Origin: Lepidodermella squamata | Taxonomy: Eukaryota; Animalia; Gastrotricha | DNA length: 64,000 bases | Reading direction: 5' to 3' | Assembly: GCA_047495785.1 (NCBI GenBank) | Contig: JBLDXI010000004.1 | Span: 1,240,001 to 1,304,000 of the forward strand | In this document: one piece after another, positions 1-13,173 of the stretch | How the letters are laid out: each line of letters begins with the position of its first letter | Position numbering within the stretch: the stretch's first letter is position 1 | Position numbers and translations under genes: made by a program | The notes under the pieces: model-generated | The model's database searches: none | The model's input: the letters and a program-made list of their open reading frames with translations, nothing else | Told to the model about the DNA's origin: nothing

Positions 1-1591
1 CCATATCCGAACACATATCGATGGTTTTTCGCTAAAACAGACCGATAGGCTGCATTCTGATATACGCCCATAAAAACTGTGCGGAGTATATGCGAGTATA
101 TGGTTATACACAGGGCTAATAGCATTTTGGTGCATGCACAAGAGAATGCACTCAGACGAGAGCGATCGATTCTTCCGCAGTAACATGGTATATTTGCGCA
201 TTTTGTTCTCTTGTTTTTTCATTTTTATCATCATTCTTTCTTAGATCTCCCGCATCATTTTTGCTGAAAGTAGGACATTGAAAGCATGTGCTTTAAATTA
301 CCCACGATTTTAGTAATTCTGACCTGGTCTGTTCATTCGACGGAGTAGGAATGTTTTCCATAGTTGTCCATTTAAAATCGCAGCAAAATTTTCTTCTAGA
401 ATGATTAGAATCTCCGATATATTGATAGAGGCTTCTTATCAGATTCTTTAGGAGTTTAGTGAAATCTGAGCTTACCACAAAGTTAAACTCCTGTTTTGAG
501 GTTTCAGCAAAAATAGGGTAGAAAGGTTGTTTCGGCTGAGATTCCGAAAGTGGCTGCTGGCTACTCTGTTAGGAAAATATTCCATTATTTCGTTGTTGTG
601 GCGTTTATCAAGCTGATAATGTGGTTTGGGCCCCTGGATAATTTGAAACTATCGCCCTTTTCCTCAAACAACCACCTCCAAAACACAACACAACTTCTGA
701 TCAAAGATAGAAAGCCAAGTTTGTCGGTTTGGGGCTCAAACTCCACCTAGAACTTGACAGCTACTTAGACGGAAACTATAGACTTATCGATCGTGCGTGA
801 ATCCTACAATCTACTAACGGTCGAAGGTCGAAGCCTTACGAACAATCGAAACAGTCTCTTAATTAGATCTAACCAGAAGTACTCTTTATTGCCTTTTAAA
901 ATTTAGCATTTGGTATCAGACGCATGCCATCTTCACAATGCTTAGGAGCCGACTATTCCCATGATTGCTTTGGCCGCTGAGTAGGAATATCTTTACCATA
1001 TATTACCGGTGAATGGCGGCCCATTCAAGAAGGGAGGATTTGCTTGGCGGTTTCACGCTTCCTGTCAACCCTTCCTGTCAACCCTTCCTGTCAGCTTGAT
1101 AAACGCCGCATTCAATGCATGGATGATTGATGTTGCGGTTATTGGGATTGAACACGGTGATTTTGAGATGCCTAGGCCGTTCGATCACATGCTACTCACG
1201 TGCTAGGGTCAGCTTTTATACGACTGGGATAACCCCATCCCAAGTTTCTGCTGCAGTTAAAACTAACGCGATTTATTGGAATTTCTGGTTTATGTTTTGG
1301 CTGATAAATACCTTTCACAGCAATATACAAAGTGAACCTATCGCTTTGTTATGATATTTAAAACTCCCGATTACTGGCCACTTTAACTTCCATCTTTACT
1401 CAGTTGGGCAATCCTTCATCGGTAGCTGTAAATCTGAGGTCATACAGCCTTAGGTCAAGAACAGAACTTCTCAGATTGGCAATTCGGCTTTCGACAACTC
1501 CCTGTTTTCTATCCTTGACATTTTAATTTATGACGCTTGTCATTTAGGACTAAAGCATTCAACGTTTCATTTTTAACAACGATTTGAGCTG

Positions 1592-3487
1592 ATGACTGAT
1601 AACGACCATTGGCTGAAACAGTTTCCTCCGAGGATAGTGGATTCTAGACACCGCCCATCCAAACAAGCGATGGAAAGAAAACGCAAGCGCAACTCTGGGA
1701 AACCCTACCGTCAGTCAGATAAAGGGGTTAGCGCTAAGTTAAATTCCGGTCGTAAGCCTGTTTACTTCAAGTGTGGTTGCTGGCGTAAATGCTCCTTGAA
1801 ATTCAATGAAAATTCAGTCAAACAATGCTTTAACACTTACTGGTCCCGAGCATCTATCGACGCTAGACGAGCATTCATCAACCGTTACGTCAGTTATAAA
1901 CAGAAACGAGAGAATGGTCCTCGAAGATTTGATTATTACTTACCAGGCAACTACTTGGCAACCCCTTCGCCTTCACAATCTAGGGACTCAATCGAAGTAT
2001 GCAGGTCTTTCTTTCTGAAGGCGCTCGATGAAACTCGCGCTTTTATAAACACAACTGTTGAGAAAAAAGTCGAAGACGGCTTCTACATCATACCAGATCA
2101 ACGCGGTCGCCATAAGCCGCCGAATACCACCAGCGATAATTCTTACAAATTTGTTTATCAGCACATCACTTCTTTCGAGCGATTAGACAGTCATTATGCG
2201 AGAAGTCAAACTAGCAAGCAATATCTCGGGTCCGCGCTCAATCTGAAGGAAATGCATCGAATGTACTGCATAGCACACCAAAACTGGGCTCTGCGTACTG
2301 ATGAGAAACCCGTCAAATACGCTACTTACCGATCCATATTCAAGAGATCTTTTCCCAATCTCGCTTTCAGTCATCCCAAGAAGGACACCTGCAAGAAATG
2401 CACACGATTTGCGACTTTGCCGGATGAACTGTTCACCCATGAAGTGATCGTGGAGAAACGGAACCACGAATCCAACAGAGACGCTGCAAGAGATGCCAAG
2501 AATGCTGACAAAATTCTAGCAAAACAGTCGAAAGGATTGATCTTGTGCATCCAGTTTGATATGCAGTCAATCCTCGAAAGCCCTTGCTGCTCGATAATGT
2601 ACAAAAAAAAGTTCCACACCTCAAACCTGACTTTCTACGATACTTCATCAAAAGATGTCTACTGTTTCATGTGGGATCAAACAGAAGGGGGTCGTGGGAC
2701 GGATGAAGTCGGTTCATGTCTCTATAAATTCATCACTGAAATGATTCCTGACGAAGTTGAGCAGTTGATTCTATGGAGCGACAGCACTGGAAGCCAAAAC
2801 AAATCTCAGTACATTGTCAACGCTTTATTCGCAGCCTTGTCCAATCCCAAAGGTAATCTCAAAGTCATCGATCACAAGTTTTTCGAGCCGGGCCACTCGC
2901 AAATGGAATGTGATTCCGTGCATGCCACTATTGAAAGGGAAGCTAAGAAACGAGTCAACATCAGCTATTCAAATGAATGGAGAGAAATCGTGGCCGCGTC
3001 GCGGAAGGCTCCGATTGATGCTGATCTGAGACTCGAAGTGTACGGCGAGGAAACACCAAACCGCTTGAAAGTGAAACCATACAGCATAACTGAAATGCAA
3101 TTTGCAAGCTTCTTCAGCTTTGACAAGTCACCAAAGTTCGCTCAGTATTTGCAAGACGAACAGAAAAATGATGTTAAATGGTCGGAGCCATGTTGGATCA
3201 GATACGAGAAAGACTACCCTAATTATCTCCAAACCAAGAAAACTTTCGACTTGGCTTTTCATACTTTCGTCGCCAAGCGCTACAACAAAGACGTCATTTT
3301 GTTTCCTTTCCAACTTGTTCAAAAATACGAAAAGCGATTGCCGATCGATTCCAGTCTTAAGAAGGATCTCATCGAAATGGTCAACAAAGGCACCATTCCA
3401 GAAGCTTATCGCTCAGTCATAATGGCTTACGAAGAAGACGCAGACAAACCTACTGCTTGCAGCATTGACGCTAAACCTCCGCCGTGA
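1592..3487 (+). mobile_element. Intact 631-aa DNA-transposon transposase ORF, Sola1-like DDD family
   Basis: Single uninterrupted, intronless ORF. It carries CxCxxxC, DQRGRH, SHY and PKKDTCKKC motifs followed by the catalytic-core motifs FDMQ, WDQTEGGRG, WSDSTGSQNK and FFEPGHSQMECDSVH. The family assignment is from recalled motifs. An 18/20 inverted match at 15-34 and 3828-3847 may be a (sub)terminal repeat. Confidence 0.7.
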
Positions 3488-3824
3488 CATTACGCCCTCG
3501 AAACTTGGATGGATATGACTACTTGAAAGCGTTTCAAAATTATTAAAACAAGCTTATTGTTGAGAGTATGAACTGTGTTTTACTCGAGCTGTCTAAGAAC
3601 GATTCAGTCCAGGAGTTTCTGAAACGTTTCCTCCATGATTATCTCGGAATTCCCAGCGCAGACACCTCAGAATGACCGCAGTATCGAAGATATTTGTTGG
3701 TCATTATTCGTCCAGTACATATATTTTTTCCACACAGAATACAATGGGCTATATCTTACTACATGTGTGCGTAGTACTATTTATAGTGCGTAGTACTCTG
3801 GATAGGAATTTTTTCATTGGCTCC

Positions 3825-5934
3825 TTATAGCGCAAAATCATCGATATTTGCGGCTTCAAACGGTTCTGGAGCGATGTCGGGGTTACCAACCAAAAACACA
3901 ACCTTTCGAGCATTTCGACACTTCGATTCACCGCTAAACGTAACATTTGCTGGGAAGCGCCTCTCAGTGTTGGCATCACACCCGACTGTGCTCGGTCGGC
4001 AGGTTACGGAACCGTCGGCAGTTCGCAAGCATCGATGCTGAGGGATCTATAAAAATATATTGTCAATTATGTATCGATCATATCATCATGAGGGGAATGA
4101 GGCCACTGAATAATACTGTTTTCCAGCCTATCCGGGGCGAGGCGGGTAATGAAACTGGCTTTTTCAGCGAATACCCATTTCAAAAACCGAATTTTGCAAG
4201 CCGAAATTTTCAATATTATCATTAAATTTTAATTGTACCACACTTTTGACGAAATTTCGCAAAATTCGTCAAATCTCACTTAACACTTTTAAACAGTCAA
4301 ATCGAATTTTACACGTGATATCATACCGCTGAGCGACGAGAAGACTACCCGAGCTGCCGGAAAACTACTGCCAGGTTATAAATAAACAACAATGAGGAAA
4401 GTTTGTGAAATTCGATTGATCGCAAAATGATGGCGAAAAGCCGTTAACTGATATGGCAGACGCAGTCTTTGCCCCCTGTCAAAATTAGTGAAAAATTACT
4501 AATGATCTACGAAATAGGGAACCCTGAAATCTTAAAATAAATGAACTCACAGGAGGCGATATATCATTCATGCATTTGTCGTAATTCAGCTGGAAAATCG
4601 CCAATTCCGAGAACAGCTTATTCTGATATAAAAAACATTTGATACCGGAAAAAACGCGTGCTTCTGATTGAGCGATACCTGAGATTGGTCCTGAGGACAA
4701 GCAGCATAGCAAGACAGACGGTTAGACGAATCCTTGCACGAAACGGCATTCTGTCAAACCAATGGTACATGCGAACGGTGAAATCGGGTCTGTTAACTTA
4801 CTCCAAGTAGACAAGATGCACGGTTGATATAGACTTTGCTGGAATATTGCTGAGTTTCATTGTTAGCAAGGCAGCCAGTGCTTTGAGGTCGGCAGTCGGT
4901 GAATTTGCTTGTTGTCGAATCGAAACATCGGATGTGCGGCTTCTCGGGGATCGGAACGGTAACTGCGAGTTGCAAAATATAGTTACTTAGTGGTACATGT
5001 TATGCTGTTGGTGAAATAATTGAACTACTTTATAAAATCATACAGCCAAGGTAAAAAACGAATTAAAATCCCCAGAATTCCGGATTACTGATAGCCATTA
5101 ATTATCTCGAATGCGGACGCCAAATTTAATTTGTCGTAATGTTAAGGTTTTATTGTTCCATATTGAGACTGAAAAGTTATCTTAGCCATTTGAAATCCTT
5201 AATTAAAACATCTGACTCACCCGCGGCGTTGAGGCACGACGTTAAATCTGAGTAAATCGTCGAATCGGTGACCTATCAGAGGAATAAAATATTGATATTC
5301 GCATTACATTAATACATTATATTGTACTCAGAATTCAAATGAAAATCAAAACATCAACCGAGAAATTGTTAATTTGACCTATTACCTTAAATCTAAAGTC
5401 TTAAGCAATCGAGAGTTTATAATGCGTTCTTGAATTGGAAGGGGAAAATACACCAAAACTTACCCAGTTTTCAGGGCACGTGTACGGATCTGGAACGCAG
5501 GTTTTGATGACGTTGCTCGACGTGCAACGTCGGAATTTCAATTTCTACGATGGTGGATCGGAAAATAGTCATGAGCACTGACAACAACAGCTTGGAAGTT
5601 CTTACATCGAATGCAGCTCGTTGCTTCTCACATTCGTTAAGGTTGTATTTTAAACTCAACGTCGCATTCTGATCGTTGAACCAGAACATCTGGAATACAA
5701 AAGTCATAGGACATCCGGGTGATGGGGAAAAAACACGAGATTTCGACGTACATTCATATCACCCGGGTTGTTGCATCCAACGTTTCCAGGTACGCAAAAC
5801 GGAGTAAGAGCCTCGTATTTGTAGCACATTCGGGCATTCTATAGACCGGGTAGAGTATTAATTAGCAAAAGGAAACTAAAAAAGAAACTGACCCCAGTGT
5901 TGCAGACGCCAGTTGTTCGAAAAATGCCGCCCCA
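3825..5934 (-). pseudogene. Family copy A: exons 2-10 only; exon 1 not found; CTLD missing
   Basis: Exons 5893-5934, 5752-5838, 5606-5689, 5464-5544, 5221-5272, 4802-4962, 4679-4750, 4551-4622 and 3825-4046 are all GT-AG and in frame. Exon 10 stops after module 6 (...NARKVVFLVGNPDIAPEPFEAANIDDFAL*). Intron 1 homology to copy D breaks near 5963. Confidence 0.8.
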
Positions 5935-8837
5935 CTAGTTGATGAAAAATTCATTAACCATCATACCCATCATACAACTATCATAGACAACACTTTAACA
6001 GATGGGAGATCCATTTATTTGAGCCGAATTTGCAAATGATCGTAAAGTCGTTCAAAAATCGCGAGAAAAAATCTCAAAAATGACATTTCATAAGAACTTT
6101 TTTACGCATACGCCCATCACATTTGGAAGAATCGGAGTCTCGACCCGTAGGCACCGTATCACGCCTCACCATTATGTCGAATTGCATTAAATTTTACATA
6201 CCCGAATTCTATATGAGAGGACCTTTGTAACGGTATAAACAATGACCTACTGGCTCCTGAATTTACTTAGCTAAATTGATGTTTCTAACAGAATGAGTAA
6301 AACTTTCTAAAATTAGAACCAAAAACCAAATTATTTACGCTGATTTATTCTGAGAAAAATAAGGGAGAATATTTATGACTCGTTGAATAATTTTTTGCTG
6401 TATAAAATTCAAAGTAAAATCATAGAAAAGTAATAAAATTTTGAACTGTTGAAAGATCGTGACACTAGTTATCGATATTCATAAACATCAAGTCTGTAAC
6501 TATCGGCATGGGTTGCCCATACGGTACTTTCGTGAATCTTGTCCTGTTGGCTTTGTAACATGCGTAAAAATGGTGCTTTTTCTATTTACAGAATATTTTT
6601 AGCTATAATCAAAGATTAAGGCCTAGGGCCTAGGGAGTTCATCTGCAGTTTAAAAAAGTTAATGTTTTTGGGAAAACATCTGGCGGGAAGGCTATTCCAT
6701 CTTGCGAAAATCTCACCAAGTCGTTGTAGTGGCTCAATCTCCGTATCTGGATTTCGTCGAACAGCACTTTGCCAAGGTGTTGACAAAACTACGCACCTGG
6801 TATTTGCGACGGGCAATCGAACCACGAAGCGTTCGCGTGTCCCTACTTGGTTCAAGGATTTCAAACCTCCCTGGTGTTCCCCGGCGTGCCACTATCCAGT
6901 TTTAAGTCATTATTCCAACACAACGCCGCATGGCCGAAGTCATAACAGCTGAGTAACAACTATTGTTGCTCTCGCCACTTTGTCGTTGATGCATGCCTCC
7001 ATCGACATTGCCGAATCCAGTTTCAGGCCAAGTAATGATGTCTGGCCAGTTTTGAACTGTTCAGATCCATCTTCCTCCGCTTAAGGCTGCCCAGCTTTCC
7101 TTCTGCCACATCGAAATCGAGGATATGAGAACCGCGTACTAATCCTTTGGTGTCCATGGAAACTCTGTGAGCCTGGGACCACCTGGTTGCTCGCTCTTCA
7201 CCCTTTTCCACATCTTCCAGCACCGGACCTCCGATGTTGACCTCATCAACATCATCGGCAAACGTGAACGCCTTTCTCGCTTCAAAATTATTGATTTTTT
7301 TTACTGTCCAGCAGAAAAGTGGCCAGTGACGAGTCCATACAGTATTAGTCCCAAGCCCAACACCCATTATAATTTTAATTAATTTCAGAAATCGACATCC
7401 CTTTTCTAATTTTTTGAGTTGAAGACAGCTCAGATTTCCAGATTTTTCATTTGCAGGAAAAATTTGCCATTCTTCTGCCGCGGTTGACTAGTCCCGGAAA
7501 TTTTTAAAAATAATAAAAATTTGGTTTTATGGTATTAAAAAAAACCCATGTTGAAATTGTCTCTATCCGACTATCTAAAATTCGCCCGGTAACTATTTTA
7601 TTTTGCGGGCTCTCTGAATAAAGCAACGCGGCGAAAGAATTTCACGACTATAGAATATCGGAAAATCAAAATAGAATGGTTATCGGGCAAATTGGATAGA
7701 GAAAATGTTCAAAATGGGTAAACTATTTTCTGTAGAATTATCAAAAATTGCCCGCCTCTCCGCCTCTTACTTGCACTATCGATACGATGAGCATGGCTCC
7801 ATCTTATTAGCACTAGCCTCTTGTTTCAATAGCCTTTATTATACCGTACTGCCCGGGTATCCCCTTCATTACCATATTTTTCATGCACAATTTACCAATC
7901 ATCATCGGAATTGCCCTGATTCCTGAGTTTTCATTTCATTTCGTTTCATTTGGAGCGTTCCCGAACGCCCCATACGTTTCACCCAACCGCGCACTCGCCC
8001 AATTTATTCGCCCAATTAATTTAAATTAAATTCCACGCACGTACACACGCATACAAGACACCGCGCTTTATTAAGATTCCGTATGAATCCGTTTTTCGTA
8101 GCCAAGACGACGAAGCTTTAATCTTCATTTCGGTACATTTCGTAGAAAGCGGCTGTCCATCTCGAGTCTTGATGAACTTCTCAATGTACTTAGCGATGCT
8201 TGGATCTTGATTTGAGGTCTTAGCGAGAGACGAGCGGCGAAAATATCGAGTAGATGATCGACTCTGTCTTTTGAAAGAGACATACGATCAGCAAAACGAA
8301 TGGTCAATAATATTGTATCTGTAAAACTGTAGACCACAAACCAATTCTGGCTTGATTTTCGCCCCGGGCAAATAAGTCCTTGTGTGTTCTCTTGAATTGA
8401 CGAATCCTATTTCAATAAACATTTCTGGCTTTGGTTGGAAGTTTTTGTAACTGATGCTCTTCTTCTTTGGAACTACATCCCGGCGCTGAGCAAAGGATGG
8501 TTGGAGATAAAGAAACGCACCCAATGCAAATTCATTGTAAGAAAATTCTAAAAGGGGAAACAATTACCGGAGTCATTGATTCTGGCGTTCGTCTCCGAAA
8601 CAGATCGTCTCCGAAAAATATTACCATCCTTACATTCATTTTATGAATTTTATAGCTCCCAAATTAAAAAATCGATAACAGTAATAGATTTTTCAGATTT
8701 ATTAAGCCGAGTATTATGCTTCGATAATTAGACACATTTTTGGTATATGACGTGAACACAATTATGTTATATTCATAAGTTGAATAGTTATTAATGAGTT
8801 TGGGCTTGACTGCAATGCGAAAACCAGTAAAATATTA

Positions 8838-8960
8838 GTCGGATCCAAAAAGTGGATCCAATTCTTGCGTCCAAAATCTGGATCCAGAATCTGGGTCCAA
8901 TATTTAGATCCAATTCTTAGAGCCAGAATCTGGATCCAATATTTGGATCTAAATATCGGA
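8838..8960. repeat. Imperfect short tandem repeat (TGGATCCAA-like units, about 10 nt)
   Basis: Repeated ggatccaaaa, ggatccaatt, ggatccagaa, gggtccaata and ggatctaaat units. Confidence 0.7.
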
Positions 8961-9024
8961 CTTAGACGTCGAAAATGGCACTTAAAGTGACTTGCTCGAC
9001 GACAATTTTCCCGGTTTTTTCATG

Positions 9025-9602
9025 GTTATTTTTTCGTGAAATTATGATTTTTTCAAATTGGTCGAAATGCATTTTATAGTTTTTGAGCCTGCAAATAAAA
9101 TGGGAAATCGACAAGAAGGAAAGTGAAATTGAATCGATTGTCGATGTATCTAAATGCGCCTGTGTGTGAGCTTTATTTAGAGCCCAAGTTTGACCTTCAA
9201 CGATTTTTTACTGGATTTTAACAATTTTTTGAAGTTTTTCGGTGGGAAAATCCAGTACTTTTGCTTGTTAGCAAACACAAGCAGACGCGTGATTCATTCG
9301 CATGAATCTAAACCAGAAAAAAGCATGAACCTTGCGCATGAATCACATGTGTGGCCAAGGTGGCCAAACCAAAAGTAATGCTGTTTCCCACCGAAAAACT
9401 TCAAAAAATTGTTAAAATTCAGTGAAAAATCATTGAAGGTCAAGATTGGGCTCAGAAGAAAGCTAACGCCAAGCCGCGTTTAGAACCGTCGGCAACTGCT
9501 TCAATTTCGCTTTTAATCCTGTCGATTTTCGATTTTATTTGCAAGCTCAAAAACTTTAAAATCAATTTTCACCAATTTTAAAAAATAAAGAAAAAATAAC
9601 CA
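9025..9602. mobile_element. Foldback/MITE-like long imperfect palindrome
   Basis: About 9050-9250 is the imperfect reverse complement of about 9385-9585 (e.g. tttttgaagtttttcggtgggaaa vs tttcccaccgaaaaacttcaaaaaa). Confidence 0.7.
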
Positions 9603-10353
9603 TCGTGTTCGTCGTAAAATTATCTTCTATGTACCATCAACAAACTTCAGAGAACCAGCTCTGATTTCAAAAAATCGATCGAAGAAAAATCAACTTCTTT
9701 GTTTACTTTCCCACCGAAATTCGGACCTTTTTTATGATTCAGCTGAACATCTGCGACCCATGGTGTTCCGCTGTTTTCTCGTGAGTAGTCAGTCTATCTT
9801 AAATTATGTCTATGGTTATTGACGATTCTTACAGCTCTGTCTGATTTAAAAAGATCAGCTTCATGAAGTGTATTGTCCGAGGATCCACGCATTTTCTCGG
9901 CGATTTTCGCTCAAAAGCTATTCTTACTTTTGTACCTTTGATAGGCGAGGCTCGATTCGAGGAAAAATTGGCAAAAATGGATTTCTGTCGATTTATTTAT
10001 GAAATATTGCCGGATTCGTTTCAGGTTGAATTCTGGATTCATTCGGAAACCCAACGGGTGAGCACCTCGCCAACCGAAAACAGCGGAAATTAGACTGGGT
10101 AAGAAAAAATATTTCGTGGCGTGCTTGCCTCGACATTGCGGCACCCAACACAGCTTGAATAACATTTGCCGTTTATTGTAATTTGGCAGAATTTTTATAG
10201 AAAACACAGTGAAACATAATTGCATGCCTCGCCGGTTTATTTTCAAAAAATACCCCTTGTTATTGTTAGCATCAGTAGCTCATCGCGTAACATAAATTGC
10301 ATAACAAAAAAGGCTATCACTCGCACAAGCGGAAGCCTTTTAAATTTCATAAT

Positions 10354-10680
10354 ATGTTTCGCAAATTCCAATGCATTATTTCGAAGAATTTTCACAATCA
10401 TCCACATTCATCAAACACGTAGAACCGGAGTAAGAAACAATCCCACATCAATTAGGATTCGGAGTATAATCGGGCACAAATAAAGCTGGGTCATACGTGA
10501 AAGCGGAAACGTCTGCCCACTTTTGAACGCCAGCCTGCGGAGCCAGATCCACCCATGCAGTTTTGTTTTTTCCGATCAATCGTTCAATTAATGCTGCTTC
10601 GCTAGCCGATTTAATTGATGCGATAATCATAATACCATTATCCGCGCACCTCGCAGCAGACGCATAATTAAAAGTTGCTT
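10354..10680 (-). pseudogene. Orphan decayed CTLD exon (B/C/D clade)
   Basis: Translates as ...ARCADNG..IASIKSASEAALI...AWVDLAPQAGVQKWAD.SAFTYDPALF...PN*CGIV...C...K*CIGICETY, with in-frame stops. It is cut at 10681 by a repeat also present at 43003. Confidence 0.75.
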
Positions 10681-11167
10681 CACACTATCACAGTAGTATA
10701 GCGATTCTAGCCAAGATTCAAATTTAAATTTAAATAAGGATGATTCATTCGCCGATGCTCGAAACTATTTTTTATCCATCCGCGGAGCCTGAGCACAGCG
10801 AAGGTAGGTGCTTCGGCGTTGAGTTGAGACCTAATTTCGGAAACCATCAACAGAAATTTGATTGCAAACCAATTCTCCCATAACAGATTTCAGGGTTGGA
10901 AATCACCATGAAACAATTTTTGCGTTCAGACCTCTAAAACGAATTGGCTTAAGCCTTGCATTCTTTATCAAGTATCGTCAGCATCTTTTCATCTAGTAAA
11001 GTAATGTCCTTCACACGTCTTTACGAGTTGCTGGCCGCTTTGTCAGTCGTGGAAGACTTTTGACAAATAAGACAAATGAGGATGTTTGGATCGCCCAGGG
11101 CCCAGGCCCACACCGGCTTCTACAAAGCCAAACAAAGGGGTGAACAGCCGAAAACGTGGACAACTTA

Positions 11168-11555
11168 CCGTATATACCGATTTAGAAGGCTCTGCCTTAT
11201 AATTTTATCAATCAACCCTCAACCCTTGCCTTATAAACGAGACCTGCCTTTTATTTCGGCCCTGCCCTATATTGAAGTCAACTTTGAGTTGTTGCATGCA
11301 ACCGTTTTCAAGCCAAAAGCACTAGAAATCGGTATTTTCACTACTTATTAAGCGTTGATAGGATTGCAAGAAGAGTCTTAAGTGGACCGTGGACCCCGCA
11401 CATTTGCGCGATCCACGCGAGTTTTAACCCTAACCACTTGGGACATGCTCATAATATGGCGCCCTGCCCTGTATTATAAATTATTGAACTCGACGCCCTG
11501 CTTGTAAACGAGACTGCCCTTTGTTTTGGTTCTGCCTTCTAAATCGGTATACACG
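11168..11555. mobile_element. Tc1/mariner-pogo-type MITE (second copy at 14010-14397)
   Basis: TIRs CCGTATATACCGATTTAGAAGGC and GCCTTCTAAATCGGTATACACGG, flanked by TA on both sides. Confidence 0.85.
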
Positions 11556-11803
11556 GTAAGTATAGAAAATTTATAAGCGAAAAATCTGCTCGCCACGTGG
11601 CTAAATGCACGTAGCCTACATTTTATTACCAGAGCGTGGATCACCCAGCGTCATCACGGGAACATCACGGGAAAAAACAGGAGTAGAAGTAGAAACTTGT
11701 TTATTCTCAAAGCAATGAGGTTAATTTTACTTCTTCAAAGCAGCTCATCCTGAACCATCAACTTGAAGAAAGATAAGGCCAACATGAATTACTTCAATGA
11801 TCA

Positions 11804-13173
11804 TTATCTTTCAACATAGGTTTCGCAAAATCCGTACTTAGCAGTAACGGCGCAAAAAGTTGGAACCAAACGTAATACCGATGCTAGACTATTGTAGATT
11901 ATACAATTGTTATTATTAGGTTCAGCATAAAACAGAGCTGGATCGTATGTGAAAGCCGACCCGTCCGACCACTTAAGGACTCCTCCGGACTCATCTGCAG
12001 CAAGACCAACCCAGCCATTAATGGAGTAGCTTGCAATCACAGCTAGGTCGGCAGCCGTTTTAACAGTTGCCAAGATGCCATCCAGTTGCGAGCACTTTGC
12101 GGCTGCAGCCGAATGGTTCAAAGTACCGCTTGGGTTATTAACATAAAACACTGTCTTTCGAGCGTTTTGACACTGCGATTCGCCACTGAACGTAACATTT
12201 CCAGGGAAGCGTCTCTCAGTATCGGCGTCACAGCCGCTTGAGCTCGGTCGGCAGGTTGCTGAACCATCAGCAGTTCGCAGGCATCGATGGTAAGTGATCT
12301 ACAAACATAAATCAATCATGTTTAGCGTTGATCGCGAACTAATTAGCGATAATATGTTACTAAAATGATTCACGCAAAATAGAAGCGTTGATTACTACCA
12401 AATACCAAACCCTGAAATATTTAAGGAAATAAACTCACAGGAGGCGATATATCATTGATGCATCTGTCGTGATTCAGGTGGAAGGTCCCCAAGTCAGAGA
12501 ACAGCTTAACCTGTTATAGAAAAACTGTTGATTCCGGAAAAAGACGTGCTTTTGGTTGAGCATTACCTGAGTTTGATCTTGGAGGCAAGCGGCGTAGCAA
12601 GACGTTCGGTTGGATGAATCCTTGCACGAAACGGCATTCTGTTCAAAATATTAATGTGATTACCAAAAAGATAATTCGTTAGATCAAAACTTACTCCAAG
12701 CAGGCAGCTTTCCTTATTGATGTACACTCTGGTCGAGTACTGCCGAGTTTCGTTGCTTGCGAAGCAGCCGGAGCTTTGCAGTCGGCAGTCGTTGAACCTT
12801 TCGGTCGCAGAATCAAAGCAACGAATGTGCGTCTTTTCGCTATCCGGAACTGTGACTAATATAAACACAAATTTTAGCAGTTTTTTATCCGAATTCTTTA
12901 GTTTTTAGTTCAAGCACTAGGAACAAATTTGGAATTAACACACATCCAGGAAATTAGGATTGGCTTTAAGTCTCCACCAAGACAAAATTAATCCTACCTT
13001 CACTTCGGAAAATCGATATTGCACATAAATCAAAGAGGCGAAATGATTATAGGGTTTTTTAATCACGCCTAGGGCCCAGCTTCATCTGAATAAGAAAATG
13101 TTGATTAAGAAAATCATGAACCTTCTCCATTTGTACAAGCTGCGAGATTTGGATAGATCGTTGATTCAGTTAC
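11804..13173 (-). other. Family copy B: promoterless exact duplicate of exons 6-10 of copy C, lying downstream of C
   Basis: Exons 13122-13173, 12695-12855, 12567-12638, 12439-12510 and 11804-12298 are open with intact splice sites. The CTLD has WVGL, KWSDGS and EPN. Confidence 0.85.

Noticed and set aside
6616-7367. GC-richer stretch with short ORFs and a weak H..H..C..C (integrase zinc-finger-like) hint on the minus strand
   Set aside because: Too degenerate to assign without a search; probably a transposon relic.
8838-8960. CRISPR-like array
   Set aside because: The units are about 10 nt, degenerate and have no unique spacers, and the context is eukaryotic.
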